From Chrysomallon squamiferum (Eukaryota; Animalia; Mollusca), in NCBI GenBank assembly GCA_012295275.1, contig CM022678.1, positions 19,530,001 through 19,594,000 of the forward strand: 64,000 nt of DNA, written 5' to 3'. This document shows, in pieces, positions 15,475-32,353 of the stretch; within the stretch, counting starts at the first letter, position 1; the number at the start of each line of letters is the position of its first letter. The notes beneath the pieces were generated by a model. That model saw only the letters and a program-made list of their open reading frames with translations, was not told the DNA's origin and did no database searches. The position numbers and the translations under genes were made by a program.

Positions 15475-16067
15475 TAGAGAGAGAGACAGAGAGAGAGCCC
15501 TTAGTGCATTGCTTTACTCAAACATCAGTCTCTCTCTCTCTATCTCTCTCTTTCTCTCTCTCTTTCTCTCCATCCCTCCGTCCCTCACTCCCTCTCGCTC
15601 TCTCTCTTTCCATCTATCTCCTATCAAAATCTATACATATTTCTCTATAATGTTCGAAAAATCATTTTTAACGTGAACGACAAACAGACTGGAATTCTAT
15701 TACTAAAACAAACACGACCTCTTGTACGAAGACCGCACTTTGCAGTTGGGGAAAATGTCTCTCAATCGCCATCTCGAATCATTGATTTTGCTGCTGCTGG
15801 TCCCAGTTCTCCCCCTGGGGTAATTCATCCTCCGCCGAGAAGACAGCGATGTCGTGTTATTTGGAATATTGGTGCAGCCGCAAATCTTCTCTTCGGAATA
15901 ATAAGCTTTTGTTATGACGGTGCGCTCGAAATATGACGTCCAAGGAATAGAAAGTGTCACGAGAAAAATGCAGAGCGAGTTTTCACAGGGCTGATGTCAT
16001 CTGCCGCGCTGTGTGAGAATTAATCAAAGGTTAATCGAATTTAACAGTGGGAAATGCCGGAAAGTGC

Positions 16068-16178
<111 letters not shown>

Positions 16179-16319
16179 GGATATGTATAGAGAAAAACAG
16201 ATATACTTATAGAGAGATAAATATGGACAGTTATAGAGACAGACGGAAAGAGATTCGGAGATTATAGAACTAATAAGAGATAAAACAAAATAAAAAATAA
16301 AAAAAACACAATATATATA

Positions 16320-16364
<45 letters not shown>

Positions 16365-17895
16365 GTATATATTATATGGGTAGGGATGTATGTACATGAT
16401 TCTGAAGATCTCTCTCTGTATCTCTCTCTTTTTCTCTATCTCTCTCTCGTTCTCTCTGTCTGTTTCTTTCTCTTTCTGTTGCTCTCTCTCTCTCTCACTG
16501 AATGTGTCTACTGACATGTACTGACGTCACATGTAGCTCATTATTCGTCACAAACAAGTCAGATTGATGAATAACGTCATCAATCTGTTTATTTTGAATG
16601 AAAGACGGTTTGGCAGACTGGCTAAAATTAAGAGTTAAGAATCTAATTACATTCATTTAATTTTCTCCTTGCATTATCCACTTTGGATACAGATTAGCTT
16701 CATTAAATTGCAAATCTTCGACGACGCTCGGAAATAGGACGACAACGAAAATACGACACAGAGAACGTTCACCGACAAGAAAATGTTGTCAACAATTTAT
16801 TTTTGTTTCGTTTGACGTTAATAATCGGAGAAAGGAAAACATTTAGATAATTTTATATTAATAAAAAGACGCAGAGAGAGAGAGAGAGAGAAACGAGAGA
16901 GAGAGAGAGAAGAAGAAGCTGAATGAATGAATGAATAGACAAACAGAAAGGGTTGTAGTTAGACAGCTACATTTAGTAATTCGTATTTTAATCACTTAGT
17001 CTTATTTTACGTAAATATAGCGATGAAGTGATATAATTGATTCCCATATGTAAGGAAAGATTTTAGACTGCAAATATAAAATCATTATATCGCATGTTGT
17101 ATGTAGACAAGGGAGGCCATTGACTCAAGTACCAGTTTGTTTTTATTATTATTCATTTTCGAAATACTGTTAAAATAGTATGATATAGAGTACCACAAAA
17201 GTTTAATAACGGAGCTTTGTAACATGTATATAAATTCCGGTGCTACCAATTGATGTAAAATGACGTCACTGGATGACGCAATGACAATGTACTTTGTTAC
17301 GTCAGAACTACCTGAAACGAGAGACAAAAATAAACGAATTTACGTCATAACGTAACTTTTTCAATATAGCCGTTATAAACTGAACGGCAATACCAAAATT
17401 TAATTGCATTTTTTTTATTTGTTTTTTATTGTAACGACAAAAATCATTAAATATATAAAATAAATTATAAGCCAAAGATTATAATAATTTTTTTTTTTTT
17501 TTTTTTTTTAAAGCATGCATTTTATCACATCTTTGATCTAAATACTAAAAGCGAAAAACGTAACTGCTTTATTACAAAAAAGATAAATTATTTAAAATGA
17601 CGTCATATTACCGATTACATAAACTGCGTTATCAATAATAAATTGAGGTTAGAATGAAAGGAATGAATTTTTTTTATATATATATATATATATCATAAGA
17701 CATATAATTTTATGAAAGAATTTACTTTTTGAGAATGTTATTATTTATTATAAGTTTTCATTTATTTCTTTTTTTCGGCGGCGAGTAAATTAACCAGAAT
17801 GACGACGACGACAATAACAACAACTACAGCAACAACAACAACAATAAAATTTAAAAATAATAATAATAATAATAATTTTGTATAATGATAATTTT

Positions 17896-17953
<58 letters not shown>

Positions 17954-18520
17954 GTTACTTCTTTCGCTAATATAATAAGAAGCAGACTCGTATTTTATAT
18001 TTAACACGTGTTACGTACTTCTGTACCAAATCTAATAATTACGTCACAGAGATTTAATTTAGCCGACGAAATTAAATCCGGACACTACGGAAACAGGTGA
18101 AATGCTGATTAACTGATATCTCGCTACGATGTCTGCATTTCGTGTTCATTGCCAAACATATCCAGTCTTGTCTGCAAAGAGATGGGGGGGAGCGAATATT
18201 TTAATAATTAAAATGTTAGGCACTAAGTTTCCGTAATATTCATAACACACACAGCCCCGCGGTAAACAAACTAATTAGTTTTTGGCCATCTTTTCTTTTT
18301 CATTTTTTCAATTTTACGAAAGTATTATTTTCTGCCTTTTCATTTTTTTTCTTTCTTCTTCTTATATATACATATATATATTCTTTTTTTATTATTATTT
18401 ATTTATAAATTTTATATATTTTTTATAATTTACAACTAATTAATTAATTTTGTTTATTGTTTTTATTTTTATTTATCTAACGACTGTCTATATCTATATA
18501 TCTATCCACCTATTTATCTA

Positions 18521-18610
<90 letters not shown>

Positions 18611-19379
18611 TCTCTTTCCATAAGTGTATATATATCTGTATTCATAAAATGTATTTATTTAATTATTTTTAATTTTTTTTTTTATATTCTTTATTTTTAT
18701 TTTATTTATTTTATTTTTTTTTTTTTATTAATTCATACTGATGACATTTTCGTTCTGACAAATAATCACAAATTAATATTTCTTCTGTTGCCACCCACCA
18801 TCATTTTTCCTTCCCTGCCCGGTGAAATCGGAAACAGGAAATTTCCGATTTCGGCGACAAAAACGAAATTAAAGATATGATTTGTCCACACAAAACGGTA
18901 ATCTCCGACCAGCACGTGACGTCTGCTAGAAGTTCTCGAGAGTTACCGAATACTGACGGAAACCTAACAGACGATTTAATGATCGTCTGTGCTGGTTCGT
19001 TGGTTTGAAATTTCTTTCACAGTTTAATAATACGTGATTTCTCTGGCTGGAATTTTCCGAAATATACTTTGAAAGTGGAGAACATAAATTTTATTAACGC
19101 TTCCTCTCCGTGAATAAATGAATAAATGAACGAACGAATAAACGGGTCTGTCGGCTGAATGAAATGAAATGAATTAATAAATGCTTAACGGTAGCTGAAT
19201 AAACCTGTGGTATTGAAAGTAGTTCCGGTAAATGTAATTAATCTGCAAATCATAAAATATTAACGATAATGAGAAAGAAGAAACTCGTCGTCTCCAGTAG
19301 ATGGCGTTTATTGTTACCGACATGCACAGATGTGTATGTCTTACCACAGCTACGAAGACGTCATTCTTCCCTCTGTGGC

Positions 19380-19474
<95 letters not shown>

Positions 19475-20767
19475 ATATATATATATATATATATATAAGT
19501 AGATAGATAGATAGATAAATATGTATATGTATATGTATATGTATTCATGGATAATAGATTGATGAATAGACAGATAGACAGACAGATAAACAAACATACA
19601 GACAGACAGATAGAGGTAAATATATATGTATTTATAGATATACATATATCTATTTACCTACTTTTCTTAACACTTCCCATAAAATGGATTACAAACGATC
19701 GTTTTAATATGATGACAGCCCTTTTTCAATAGTAATAAAATAAAACAAACTCAAACTCAAATAAATTAAAAAATTAATTAAATGAAAGACCGCAGACATA
19801 TCAGGCGTAACCTCATGAATAAAAGATAAATCACAACACATCGACCTCAGAGAATCGATCCACATACCCGGCGCCTCTCATCCTATATAATTCATTCATC
19901 TCCTATCGACTGAACGTTTCAGTAATCTGCACTTACACGCTTGTTAATTCTACGAAATTAGCCAAAATGGCGTCAATGAATTTCGTGAAAAAAACCTCCC
20001 GATAATTTGTCGTCTGCTAGACGTATAATTATGAAAAAAAAAAAAAAAAAAAAAAAAAATGTCACTGAATTAATAACTACTCTGCCCTGTTCGTTAAATA
20101 ATAAGACACATCGTGTGATATCATCCGTTTTATCAGTAATTATATTTTAAGTTTTTACTTATATGTGGCGCATGCGCAGTGTGGGCATTATATAGCATAG
20201 CTTTCCTTAACGATCGTTTTCTGCGATCGGTATTTTCATTCAGACGGATAAACGAATATAGACTGACGGATGTGTTTGTGTGTGTGTGTGTGTGTGCGTG
20301 TGTGCGTGTGTGTGTTTCTGCGTCAATGGTGCATGTATTATGTTAATAAATAAACCATGGAACTTGTTACTTTTCTTATTTTATTTGCAGAAAAACCCCC
20401 AAAGTTATTAAATGACATATTTTTTGTTGAAATTCGCAATAATAATGAAAAAAAATAAATAAATAAAATAAAATAAAATAAAATAAAATAAAAAATAAAA
20501 AAATGAAATGTAGTTTAAATAACATTGCTGAAATAGCCAACATCAAAAATGTTTAAAATTATAAATCTAATTTCTACGCAACGTCGTCATTTAACTGGAA
20601 CAATAACGACTACGTCAATGAAGCGGCAGCAAAGTTAACAGCGGCATCAAAAAAGTTTGTTTACAAAGCAATGAGCAGCGCGTGTTGTCTTCTTTTAAAA
20701 GACGTGTTCAATTTTTTGGTAATGATGTATTCAGAAAAGACGAGATACAAAACCGCGAAATAAACAG

Positions 20768-20806
<39 letters not shown>

Positions 20807-22532
20807 AAACAAAAATAGAAAAAGATTTCTTAATTACGTTCATTTCCTTCAGGCATGATGATATCGTTAACAGATAAAAAAAAAAAAAAAAAAAAGTGTC
20901 ATGTTTTTCTCTTTTTTTTTTTTGTTCCAGAGTCGTTTCCGACCATAAACTTCTGATCGATCTCTCGTAACTTATTTATTTTATTAAACTAGTTGCTTTT
21001 CTATTGACTTTTAACTGCTGTTGCTTTTGATCTCGGCAGCTGAATGAAAAGAGGCATTTGCCGCGCAATTAACCCGATTTCCATTGGTTAACCAAAACGA
21101 GGCGGTTCTGCACTGCGATCAAAATGGCGGCTGTTTCTTTGGTAAATGAGATGTGACAGAGTAAACTCGATTTGTTTTTTTTTATTTTCATTTTTTTTTT
21201 TTTAATTTTGTTTTCTTTTTTGTTTTGTTTTTTCTTTTCTTTTCTTCATTATCTGGCTTCAAATGAATCTAGTTAGGTGGAAAATTGCTTTCGTTTGGAG
21301 ATTTCGTTTGAAGTGCGCTAGGTCGTCAGATCAAATCCCTGTGTTGCCTTATTACTTTATCTTCTAAAACATTTCTTAGTGACAGAGAATGAGCGACTTA
21401 ATTCTGAAAAAAAAGATTTAACATTAAAGTCCAAACGGTAAACACAGTTAATATCATTAAATTGCATAAATTGAAACAGTGAACGAAATATGGGGCAATA
21501 AGGAAGTAGTGATAAAAAAAAATAAAAGTTCATTAAAAATACAAAAGAAGACAACAACATTAATAAGAGTCAGCAGCAGCAGTAGTAGTTGTAGCAGTAG
21601 TAGTAGCATGTGGTGGTATAAGTAGTAGTAGTAGTAGTAAGTGTAGCAGTAGTAGTGACAGCACTAGTAATAGTGGTTAGTAATAATAATAACGGTAGTA
21701 CTGGTGGTGGTAGCAGTTATAGTAATAGCAGTAAATAGTAAACGTAACTAATAAAAGTATTAATATTAGTTAAAAAAAATAGTAAACGTATATAGTAGCA
21801 TGTGGTAGTAATAGTATATATACAGTTTACTAAATTTTATTTTTTTTAATTTTATTTTTTTAAATGATAATGCATAATGTATTCTCTATTATGTGAAATG
21901 AAGAGTTATCGGTATTGATATCATCACATCAACGTCATCAGCATCATCAGTATAATTATCACACTGCTATTACTGCTGTCGCTGTACTGTGTTGATGACA
22001 TCATTACAATAACAACCATCACGATGACGTCACTGATACTGCACCATCTTTTTTTTTTTCTTTCTGTTTTATATTTCTCATCTTTATTTTTATTTTTAAG
22101 CAGATCACATTCAAATATTTAAATTATAATCCACGTTTTTTTTTTTTAATCCTGCACTTGTCAAAATGTCATTTCATGAAGAAACATTATTAGAAAAAAA
22201 AAGAAGAAGAAAATAACAAAGAATATGATGCCAAAAGGGAAAAAAAAAAAAAATAAAAAAATGATGCTATGAGTACGAAAATGGCGTTGAAAATCGATAT
22301 TATAAGATTTATTTTGGTTCCAGGCTCGTTGCTTTGACATAAGAAATACTGTAAGTGACACAGAAAGATGCTGTGTTTAATAACTTGTGTTCGTGATATC
22401 AGTTTTATGTTTCTACAGTAGAATAATTAACCCTTACTATGCAGAGAATTTGTTTCATTACAGTTTTGCAATGTACGTGGAGACATACATACATACATAC
22501 ATACATACATACACACATACATACATATCCAG

Positions 22533-22565
<33 letters not shown>

Positions 22566-23271
22566 CAAACATACATATATATACATATATATATATATGT
22601 TTATATGTACGTATGTATGTATATATATATGTATGTATCTGTGTGTGTTTATATATATAGATATGTATATATATATAGATATATATATAGATATAGATAT
22701 ATACAGAGAGATACACAGATACATATATACATACGTACGTACGTACATACACACTTACACACACACACACAAGACACATTCACATTTATTTATTTAAATA
22801 GCCCAATTACAAGGATACGAATTTAAGATACGAGCAGCCTTCCAAAACATCTCTCTGTAATTCTTTAAATCTATTTAACCACTCTCTTTTTCCGTGATTA
22901 CCTTCGCTCAGTCCTCAGATTAGTCTAACTCTCTTTGACGAATTAACTCGTAAGTGCTTGAAATTGCTTATTCCTCGCCAGCTCTGTCTCTTCCATTGCA
23001 TTATATTTGAAAAGAGCGCCACACAATTGTATCAGTCCTACGAACCTCTGAAGCTCATTCCTAAAGTTTTCAATGGCTCCAGAACAGTCAATAAGAGTGG
23101 ATCTTTTAACTTTATTTTTATTTTTTATTTTATAATTGCGTCGTCATCATCATCATCATCATCGTTAATATTATTATTATTGTTGTTGTTGTTGTTGTTA
23201 TTTCACTTAAGTCTTTTTATAATGAAATGCACGGAAGACAATTTATTTATTGATTTATTGATTACTACTAT

Positions 23272-23303
<32 letters not shown>

Positions 23304-24269
23304 ATATTATATATATATATATATATATATTAAATTATTATTTCTTTTTTAAAATGTCCACATTTAATTAATTCTGCTAGTTGTATCCTAAAATACATTT
23401 TCTAGGAAGCACTTCTTTTCATTCTGTGTAGAATTAGATTTTTCTGGAAAAGCATTAATTAAATTTCGATTTATATACAGTTCATGTGAAATTATTAATT
23501 TTTGTCATTCATCGTTGAAATGGATATAACATCAATGGTGTTATTTTTAGTATAGTTGTAATCCATTTCATTAATTTCATTTTTATGTGAATAATGAGAT
23601 ATCCAAGAAAGACACAGTACACTTCAGGACTTCTAAATTTAAGCAGAAAATATAATCATTGATATATTTATAGAAATATCATTCTTAAACATCTGATAAG
23701 AGAGAGATAAAATTATTAAAAAATTTTGGCGATTAGAACCCTTAGCCCTAGAATTCGTCACAGCACAAACTCGGTAAAGGACAAAATTTAAACATAATCT
23801 GCGACGTCACAGAGAACGAGCATTTTCCTTAGACGTGATTGGCTTTTACTAATAACGGAACAGGTGTTCCGAAAGTCAGTGACGTCATGTCGTTGACAAA
23901 GGCTTCCGCAGGTGCAGCGTTTCCTGTACTGCTGCTGCGAAGTAAATGTCAAACGTGGTTGGCAGTGCTGTTAATTAAAGTCTTCGTGGACGTTTATATG
24001 AGACACATGGATTTCATTTCCTGCGTTTATTTCAAACAGACAAGAAAGAAATAGTCAATTAGTGTATTCATCCGCGTGTGAGTAAGTAGTAGTAAACAGG
24101 ATCGACGTACCCATTAGAAAATAATTAACAAGTTCACGTACTTGTATGTGTGATGTTAATGAATTAACACATTGACCCGTGAAAAATTGTTCCTGATTAA
24201 TTAAGTAATCGAGTTGAGGCAACTTTAATTATTTCAGTAAATCACTAGCCAGTTGTAGTATCTTTCAGT

Positions 24270-24650
24270 CTAGTAAGTTGACCCTCTGTCTATGACTAAA
24301 ACTTAAGCAAGTTGACGTTTCTGTCAGTCTATGAGTAAAACTGAAACAAGCTGACGTTTCTGTCAGTCTATGAGTAAAACTGAAACAAGCTGACACTCTG
24401 TCTCTGACTAAAACTGAAACAAGCTGACGTTTCTGTCAGTCTATGAGCAAAACTGAAACAAGGTGACACTCTGTGTGTGACTACAATTGAAACAACATGA
24501 CACTCTGACTTTGACTAAAACTGAAACAAGCTGACACTCTGTCTGTGACTAAAATTGAAACAACATGACACTGTCTGTGACTAAAACTGAAACAAGCTGA
24601 CACTCTGTCTGTGACTAAAATTGAAACAACATGACACTGTCTGTGAGTAA
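24270..24650. repeat. Minisatellite with 32/34/39-bp units (gactaaaactgaaacaagctgacactctgtctgt)
   Basis: About 10-11 visible tandem copies, with degenerate relatives continuing to about 25030. Confidence 0.9.
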
Positions 24651-25060
24651 GTCACTAATACGATGAGTGTCGGTCTGTGAGTAACGTATTAATACGTTGA
24701 CGTTTATATCAATCTGAGCAAATCATTAACAGGTTGCCGTATGTGTGTTTGTGTGTATGTGTGTGTGTCTGTATGTGTGTATATGTGTGCGTGTAGGTGT
24801 GTGTGTATGTGTGTGTGTGTGTCCGCATATCTGTAAATCATTAACTACAATGTATGTATCAATGGATTATTAAATAATAGAAAAGTTAAGATGACATATA
24901 TATCATCACATCAGTAAATTATTAAGTCTATGTGTAAATCATTAACAAGCTAACACATCTGTTAGTCTGAGTAAATCATTAAAACGTTGGCATATGTATG
25001 AGTCTGTGAGTAAATCTTGATACGATGACCTATGTGTCTGTGTGTGCGTGTGTGTGTGAG

Positions 25061-25122
<62 letters not shown>

Positions 25123-25563
25123 GAGGATATCACTAAGAAGTTGTCCTATTTCAGCTGTGTAATCTGTGTGTATTTCTCGGATTTGATCAACGACTTGACG
25201 TCACTTTTTCTATCGCTCAGGATGGAAGATTATGGAATTCATTTTTTCCATTTCAGTAATTATTTTATTTTTTATTTTTAGTTATTATTTCATTTTGGAC
25301 TGATTTTCAGAACAAAATAAAACAGTTTTCTAACTATTATTTATTTATTTATTTGCTAAAGTTTATGAAGCGTGTTACCCTACTTATTTTATCATTACGA
25401 CTAACTTTCAAAACAAATCAATAAAACAGACGTTTCAAAAAAAAAATGCTTCAAACACTCATATTATTCGTTAGCACTGTGAAAGGAAAAGAAATAAAAT
25501 TTGAAACTTATTTCCAAAGGAAAGAACATTTTATGACAGTACTTCATCTGTAGTAGTGTTTCG

Positions 25564-25608
<45 letters not shown>

Positions 25609-25895
25609 GCTTCGTTTGCTGTTGTCGCTTCGACTGGTTTTATTTTGCTAACAATTACGTTTTCACAGCACTTGATTTGACATCACTACGCATGCGTGAA
25701 ATCAGCCGAAATCTATCATGTAATAACGACACGAAAAACTTCAGTATTATTGTTTTTTTATCCTTCTTTTTTGTCGCTTATATAGAAATATTACTGCTAA
25801 AGCCGTCTTCACATAAAATAACTTACGGTAACTCTATAGTGGGATTGTTTTACTAAAATATTTCATTTCGTAAAAATACTGCAATTTTTACAATT

Positions 25896-26024
<129 letters not shown>

Positions 26025-26357
26025 ATTCTCGAACTCGTTATAAAAAATTAGACGACCTTTAAACCAACAGGATGAAAAAAAAAAATGATTAAAAAAATAG
26101 AAAATACGGAGGGAAATTTGATATAAAAATGTATCCCACCAGACATAATAATTTGATATACTGCTATTAAACAGTAATTTTAATGTCAGATACAATGAGC
26201 GAATAGTGTTCGGATATCGAGTTTACTGTCATCGGAAACCATCTGGACGTACATTTGTATTATATCAGTTTTAGATTTCAAACTTTTTTATTTTATAACT
26301 TCACCGATTTATTATTATTGCTTTCCAACGTATGCATCAACAGATTCTAGAAAATTC

Positions 26358-26397
<40 letters not shown>

Positions 26398-26826
26398 GAT
26401 GAAAGTAAGAATTAAACAACTAAAACACACGACGAAATATATACACACATATAATACATGCATACATACATACATACATACATACATACATACATACATA
26501 GTTTATAACAATATCGCTATCTCGCATACATTTCCCTCTATTTAATTACCTCCCGTTTCTCAGCCTCTGACGTCATTGGGTATATTTTGTGTTTAATATA
26601 CGAGTCCCTCTTCATTACGGTGACGTAATAACCCGTCTGAATTTGCGTATGACGTAAAAGTAATTGTTTCTGAATGCAGACGAACTGTTCTGGAAAATAG
26701 TTCCTATTATGATTCGTCTGCTCGTAAATCAATACGCGTGTTTCGTTTTGTGTCTAGGTTAACTTAGCTAATGGCCAATACTTTAGACTTTGTTCTTGTT
26801 GTTGCTGCTGCTGTTGTTGTTGTTAC

Positions 26827-26863
<37 letters not shown>

Positions 26864-28456
26864 ATTATTTTAAATATCTTATTGTAGTGTCTTATTTCGT
26901 GTTTACAAAAATGTTGAAATGAACATTTTTATTCACACACACACACAAACACATACATACATACATATACACACATATAAACACATACATACATACACAC
27001 ACACATATATACATACATACATACACTCACACACAGACACAGACACACACACGCATACACATACACATTCACAAAAGCACGTAGATACTGCCATACTGTT
27101 TTATTATCACTACCTTCTAACAAATGACAACCAGTCCATTTAAAGAAAAACAATCACAACACCGGTTGGCACGGGAAAAAAAAAAAAAGAAATATTCATA
27201 ATTTATGTCAGATGGATTCAATTTACCTTGCACTGCGTTATTCACAAAGCACATATTTCATGGTCAAAAGCTCGTTAAAAACTTTATCACCGAAACCAGG
27301 ATTTGTCCGTGGAAAAGGATTTCGTCGCCCGAAGCAATTTTTCACTTTTCTGTTTTCATACCGCGGGTCACATTCTCTAAAGCCCTCTGTCGGGGAAATC
27401 GTAAATTACAGCCAAAATCAAAAATACCTCTTTAGTCAGCTCGAATCACTTTTCCGAAAAAAAACAAAAAGTGTTCGCTATCGTTAACACTGTCGTGAAA
27501 AATCAATAAAAAAGGGGGAAAAAATGTTTCTTTTCGCGCACAATTCACTTACGTGTTCCGGTTTTCTTCTGTATCGTACTTTCCTCCATAAGAAACACGC
27601 GAACCTTACCCTCGCCTCTCCCTTCCTACCTCCCTTCCTCTCCTTTTTCCAAGTCGCTGATTTAAGTCAGGCCACCGAAGAAAGCTATTTTCACGATGCC
27701 TGGCTGGAATGAGATAAAAACTACGGTCATTTCCGTTCCGGGAGCGTAATAAAATCATCCGGAAAAAAAAAAAAAAAAAAAAAGGAAAAAAAAAAAAAAA
27801 AAAAAAACGATTTTGCTGCTTACAAAGACCGTTCAGCCTTGACAGTTTTGTCAGCTGTAAACCAATTTTCGCTCGGTCGTTGTTACAAAAAGAAATGGGA
27901 AAATAAAAAGGTGAATTAGTGTTTTAAAAAAAAGCGAAAATGTTGTTAAAATGTGGTTTATGGGATTTAGTCTGTCAACTAGAAAAATATCGATAGCAGC
28001 TGAAGCAACAGTTGGTTGCAATCGTAGCGGCAGTGGTGGTTGTTGTTGTTGCAGTTGATGTAGTTCCAGTTGACGTTGGTGGTTGTGGTGGTAGTAGCAG
28101 CAGCAGTGGTAGTTCTAGTGTTAATAGTAGCAGTAGTAGAAATAGTAGTAGTAATAGTAGCAAAAACATTCAAGTGGTAGTAGTAATAGTTGAAGTAGTA
28201 GTAATAGCAGAAGTATAAGATAGTAGTAGTAACTGTAGTTGTAGTAGTAGTAGTAGTTTGATTCCTTTTCTTTGTCTTCTTCTTATTACTGTTGTTGTTG
28301 TTGTAGTTGTTATTGTTGTTGTTATTATTATCATTATTATTATATTTCATTACGGGTGCCTGAAATAATTTATTAATAATACATAAACAAACATTTATCA
28401 ATATCAGATTATATTTTTAACTACACCAGTTTAATCCTGAAATAATTTAATTTAAA

Positions 28457-28496
<40 letters not shown>

Positions 28497-29087
28497 GCCA
28501 ACCAACGATGGCTATTTACCAGCACGAAATTATCACGTTTATCGAAAATATGACCGAATTTTTGGCGATTAGTTTTGACGGCAAAAAGGTTACATTCCGA
28601 GCTCTTTGCCGTCACTACCACCATCGATTGGTGAAACGCTGAATTCTGAAAAAGGCAGAAGATTTTTACGACGTTAATCATTAACGACAGCCACTGCATG
28701 ACTTTCAATAACTCGCGTATAAAAACTGCTTTCGTGATCCAACTTTTCTCTTTCTCCTACTTCGTTTAATCAATCTTCATTACGTCAGAATTTACGACGT
28801 TCCACGCAATGGGATCCTTGACGTCATCGAGCAAAAATCAATCAGAAATTCTTTGTTTGTCTTCATATATTTGTTTCCCATCTTTTTTTTCTGTGCTTAT
28901 TTAATGTATATAGACATGCAAGCATACATACGTAATACATATATATATATATATCATGCTTATGTTTCTTTCTATCAATTTCTATCTGTCTGACTGTCTA
29001 GCTATTTCGTTTATCTCCATTTATCTCAGTTTCTATTTCTCTGTATATCTATCTACTACTTGTCTTTTTCTCTTTTTGTCTATATTT

Positions 29088-29168
<81 letters not shown>

Positions 29169-29736
29169 TTTCCTTCTGTATTACTTATTTCGTTTTCTTT
29201 CTTTTGAATCTCAGTCTGTTTCTTATTTCTCTTCCTTCGCAATTTCTGCCTTATTCTTGTGCGCACAAGATTATCAGTGTATCCATTATAAAAAATAAAA
29301 AATAAAAACTATGTTGTTTTTGGGTTTTTTTTTAAACCAATGCTTCAAAGGAATAAAAGAATAAAAATATAAAAAGAATTAATTTAAAAATAAGAAAGAA
29401 GAAAAAAATGGAAAGAAACCAAAATACTAGCATCAACATGCATGGGACTATTTTGAAAGTGTAAAGCGCTAATTAAAGAAATATTATGACGTCAAAGACT
29501 AGCGCGCCTCCTGCCTGGAGATATTCTTAACGTTTAGAGTTATCTCCCATTGTTATCTCAGGCTTGGGGCAAGTTTCTTTTAATCATACCGAAAAATGTC
29601 AACAGCATTCTCGCGACGAGAAAAGATGTTTATTGATTTCTTTTCTTTTTCTTTTTTCTTTCTTTCAATTTTTTCTTTTTCTTTTTTCTTTCTTTTCAAT
29701 TTTTTCTTTTTCTTTTCTGAAATGATATTTTTAATT

Positions 29737-29769
<33 letters not shown>

Positions 29770-30214
29770 ATTCACATTACTAATCAAAAATGGATTAGAT
29801 CGAATTTAAACACTTTTATTATTTTTATTCTTTGCTCTTTTTTTAATTATTTATTTATTTTATTTTTATTTTAATTTTGTTATTTATTATTATTATTTTT
29901 CTTATTACTTATTTATTTATTTATTTATTTATTTTATTATTATTATTATTATTGTTGTTGTTGTTGTTGTTGTTGTTATTATTACTGTTATTATTGTTAT
30001 TATTATCATCATCATCATCATCATTATTATTATTTAGTATGAATTAACAGATTTCATTTGACATGATTAATTTTTTAGAGTTTATTTTTCTTAAAATAAA
30101 AATGTTTAGTCATTTACCTGTGTGTCTGTTTCTGCTTGCGTACATGTGCGTGCGTGTTCATTTGTGTGATGCTTTTCGACATTTTAACTTTTAGATATTT
30201 TTTACCTAACGGAG

Positions 30215-30252
<38 letters not shown>

Positions 30253-30345
30253 TCATTTTATGTCAGAAATACTTTAGGTCTTATCCTTTGTGTACGTTGT
30301 AATTTATATTTTAAATATTTAATTTTTTTTTTTTAATTTGTTCAG

Positions 30346-30436
30346 GTTTATGGTCGTCATCCTGTGCCTTGTGTTAAGTGTACTTGTGTCCATCTCCGAG
30401 TTTGAGACGATTCTCAGTCCCATCTGTTTATACTTG
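30346..30436 (+). CDS. KCNQ: KCNQ/Kv7 potassium channel exon: S1 and S1-S2 loop (FMVVILCLVLSVLVSISEFETILSPICLYL)
   Basis: Acceptor ttcag|, donor |gtaagt, 91 nt, phase 2->0. Matches the KCNQ S1 motif FxxVxxCLVLSV and the exon size I recall for vertebrate KCNQ exon 2. Confidence 0.93.
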
Positions 30437-30584
30437 GTAAGTACATCTTCTCTACAAATATAGGCTAGTGTTGAATTTTTATTTTTATCTTTTTTATTGT
30501 TATATTGTCATGAAAATACAGACACTGGATAAGTTATACATGTATGTGATCACTTGAACAAATATGTTCTACAATCATAATGAG

Positions 30585-31200
<616 letters not shown>

Positions 31201-31492
31201 AGGAACATGTTGAAGATTACGGGATACAGGCGAATAGTCAGGACGTGCTGAAATAAAAATCAAAGCAGCAGAAAGAGAGACAAACACAAAACGTGTAACA
31301 CGACAACCAAGCGCTCAAGTTCAAGCAAACAGACTCCAAGTTCATGTCATGTCATGTCTCTCTCTCTCTCTCTCTCGATCCAGATTTTATTATAGTTATT
31401 GACAATCGTGTTCGTTGAACTGAGAGAAGCGAAAAGCCCCAGGCAGAGTCTTCCTTTACTGTTCTAAAACGTCCTCTGAGGACGTAGTCCAG

Positions 31493-31524
<32 letters not shown>

Positions 31525-32280
31525 CTCGTCTAACCCTGCAATATTTATAATATTAGACCCTGGGGTGTAATTATAATGAACTCGGATTCACAAGTGATCA
31601 TGACAAATCAATTTCCTGGCCATTTCCTATTCCGTTTATACATACTTAAGGTGTTTAGCGTGTGTGTTGGGTCTCTTAATGACTTCACGTTGATTCCACG
31701 TTATCTAGATTTGTGCGTGATACTCATCGATTATCGGTTTTCTTTCCGTCTTGCACGGTGTTGAACGATATTTTTCAACGAAAAGGTTCATGATTTTCGA
31801 ACAATGATTTTTCTGACTTTTTCAGAATTGATTAAGTTCTTTATAAATTATTTTGTTTGTAAATTTTATTAGTTTTCTAAAAAAGAAGGAAGGAAAATAG
31901 AAAAACAATTTATTGAACAGAAGTCTTACTGAAAATACTAATTTTATGACGGAGAAACAATTTCAGACATCACTGGTAAGGATGATTATAAGGTCAAGTT
32001 TTATAATGATGATCATGATGATGATGATAATGATGTCGATGATGATGTTGATAATGATGATGAAATTCTTGATTTTAATAAACTAAAAGATTTCCCTTTA
32101 CATTTCAGTACTTTTTTTCTCGTTAGTTATTTTGTAATCTATTCTTAAATAATATTTTACACTGTACATTAGATAAAAAAAAAAATTACTATATAAACAA
32201 CACAAAGAAAAAAAAACATATAAAAAAATATAACTCTTCAAGAAAAACTAATAACAATTATTAAAATTAGATTTTTGTTA

Positions 32281-32353
<73 letters not shown>

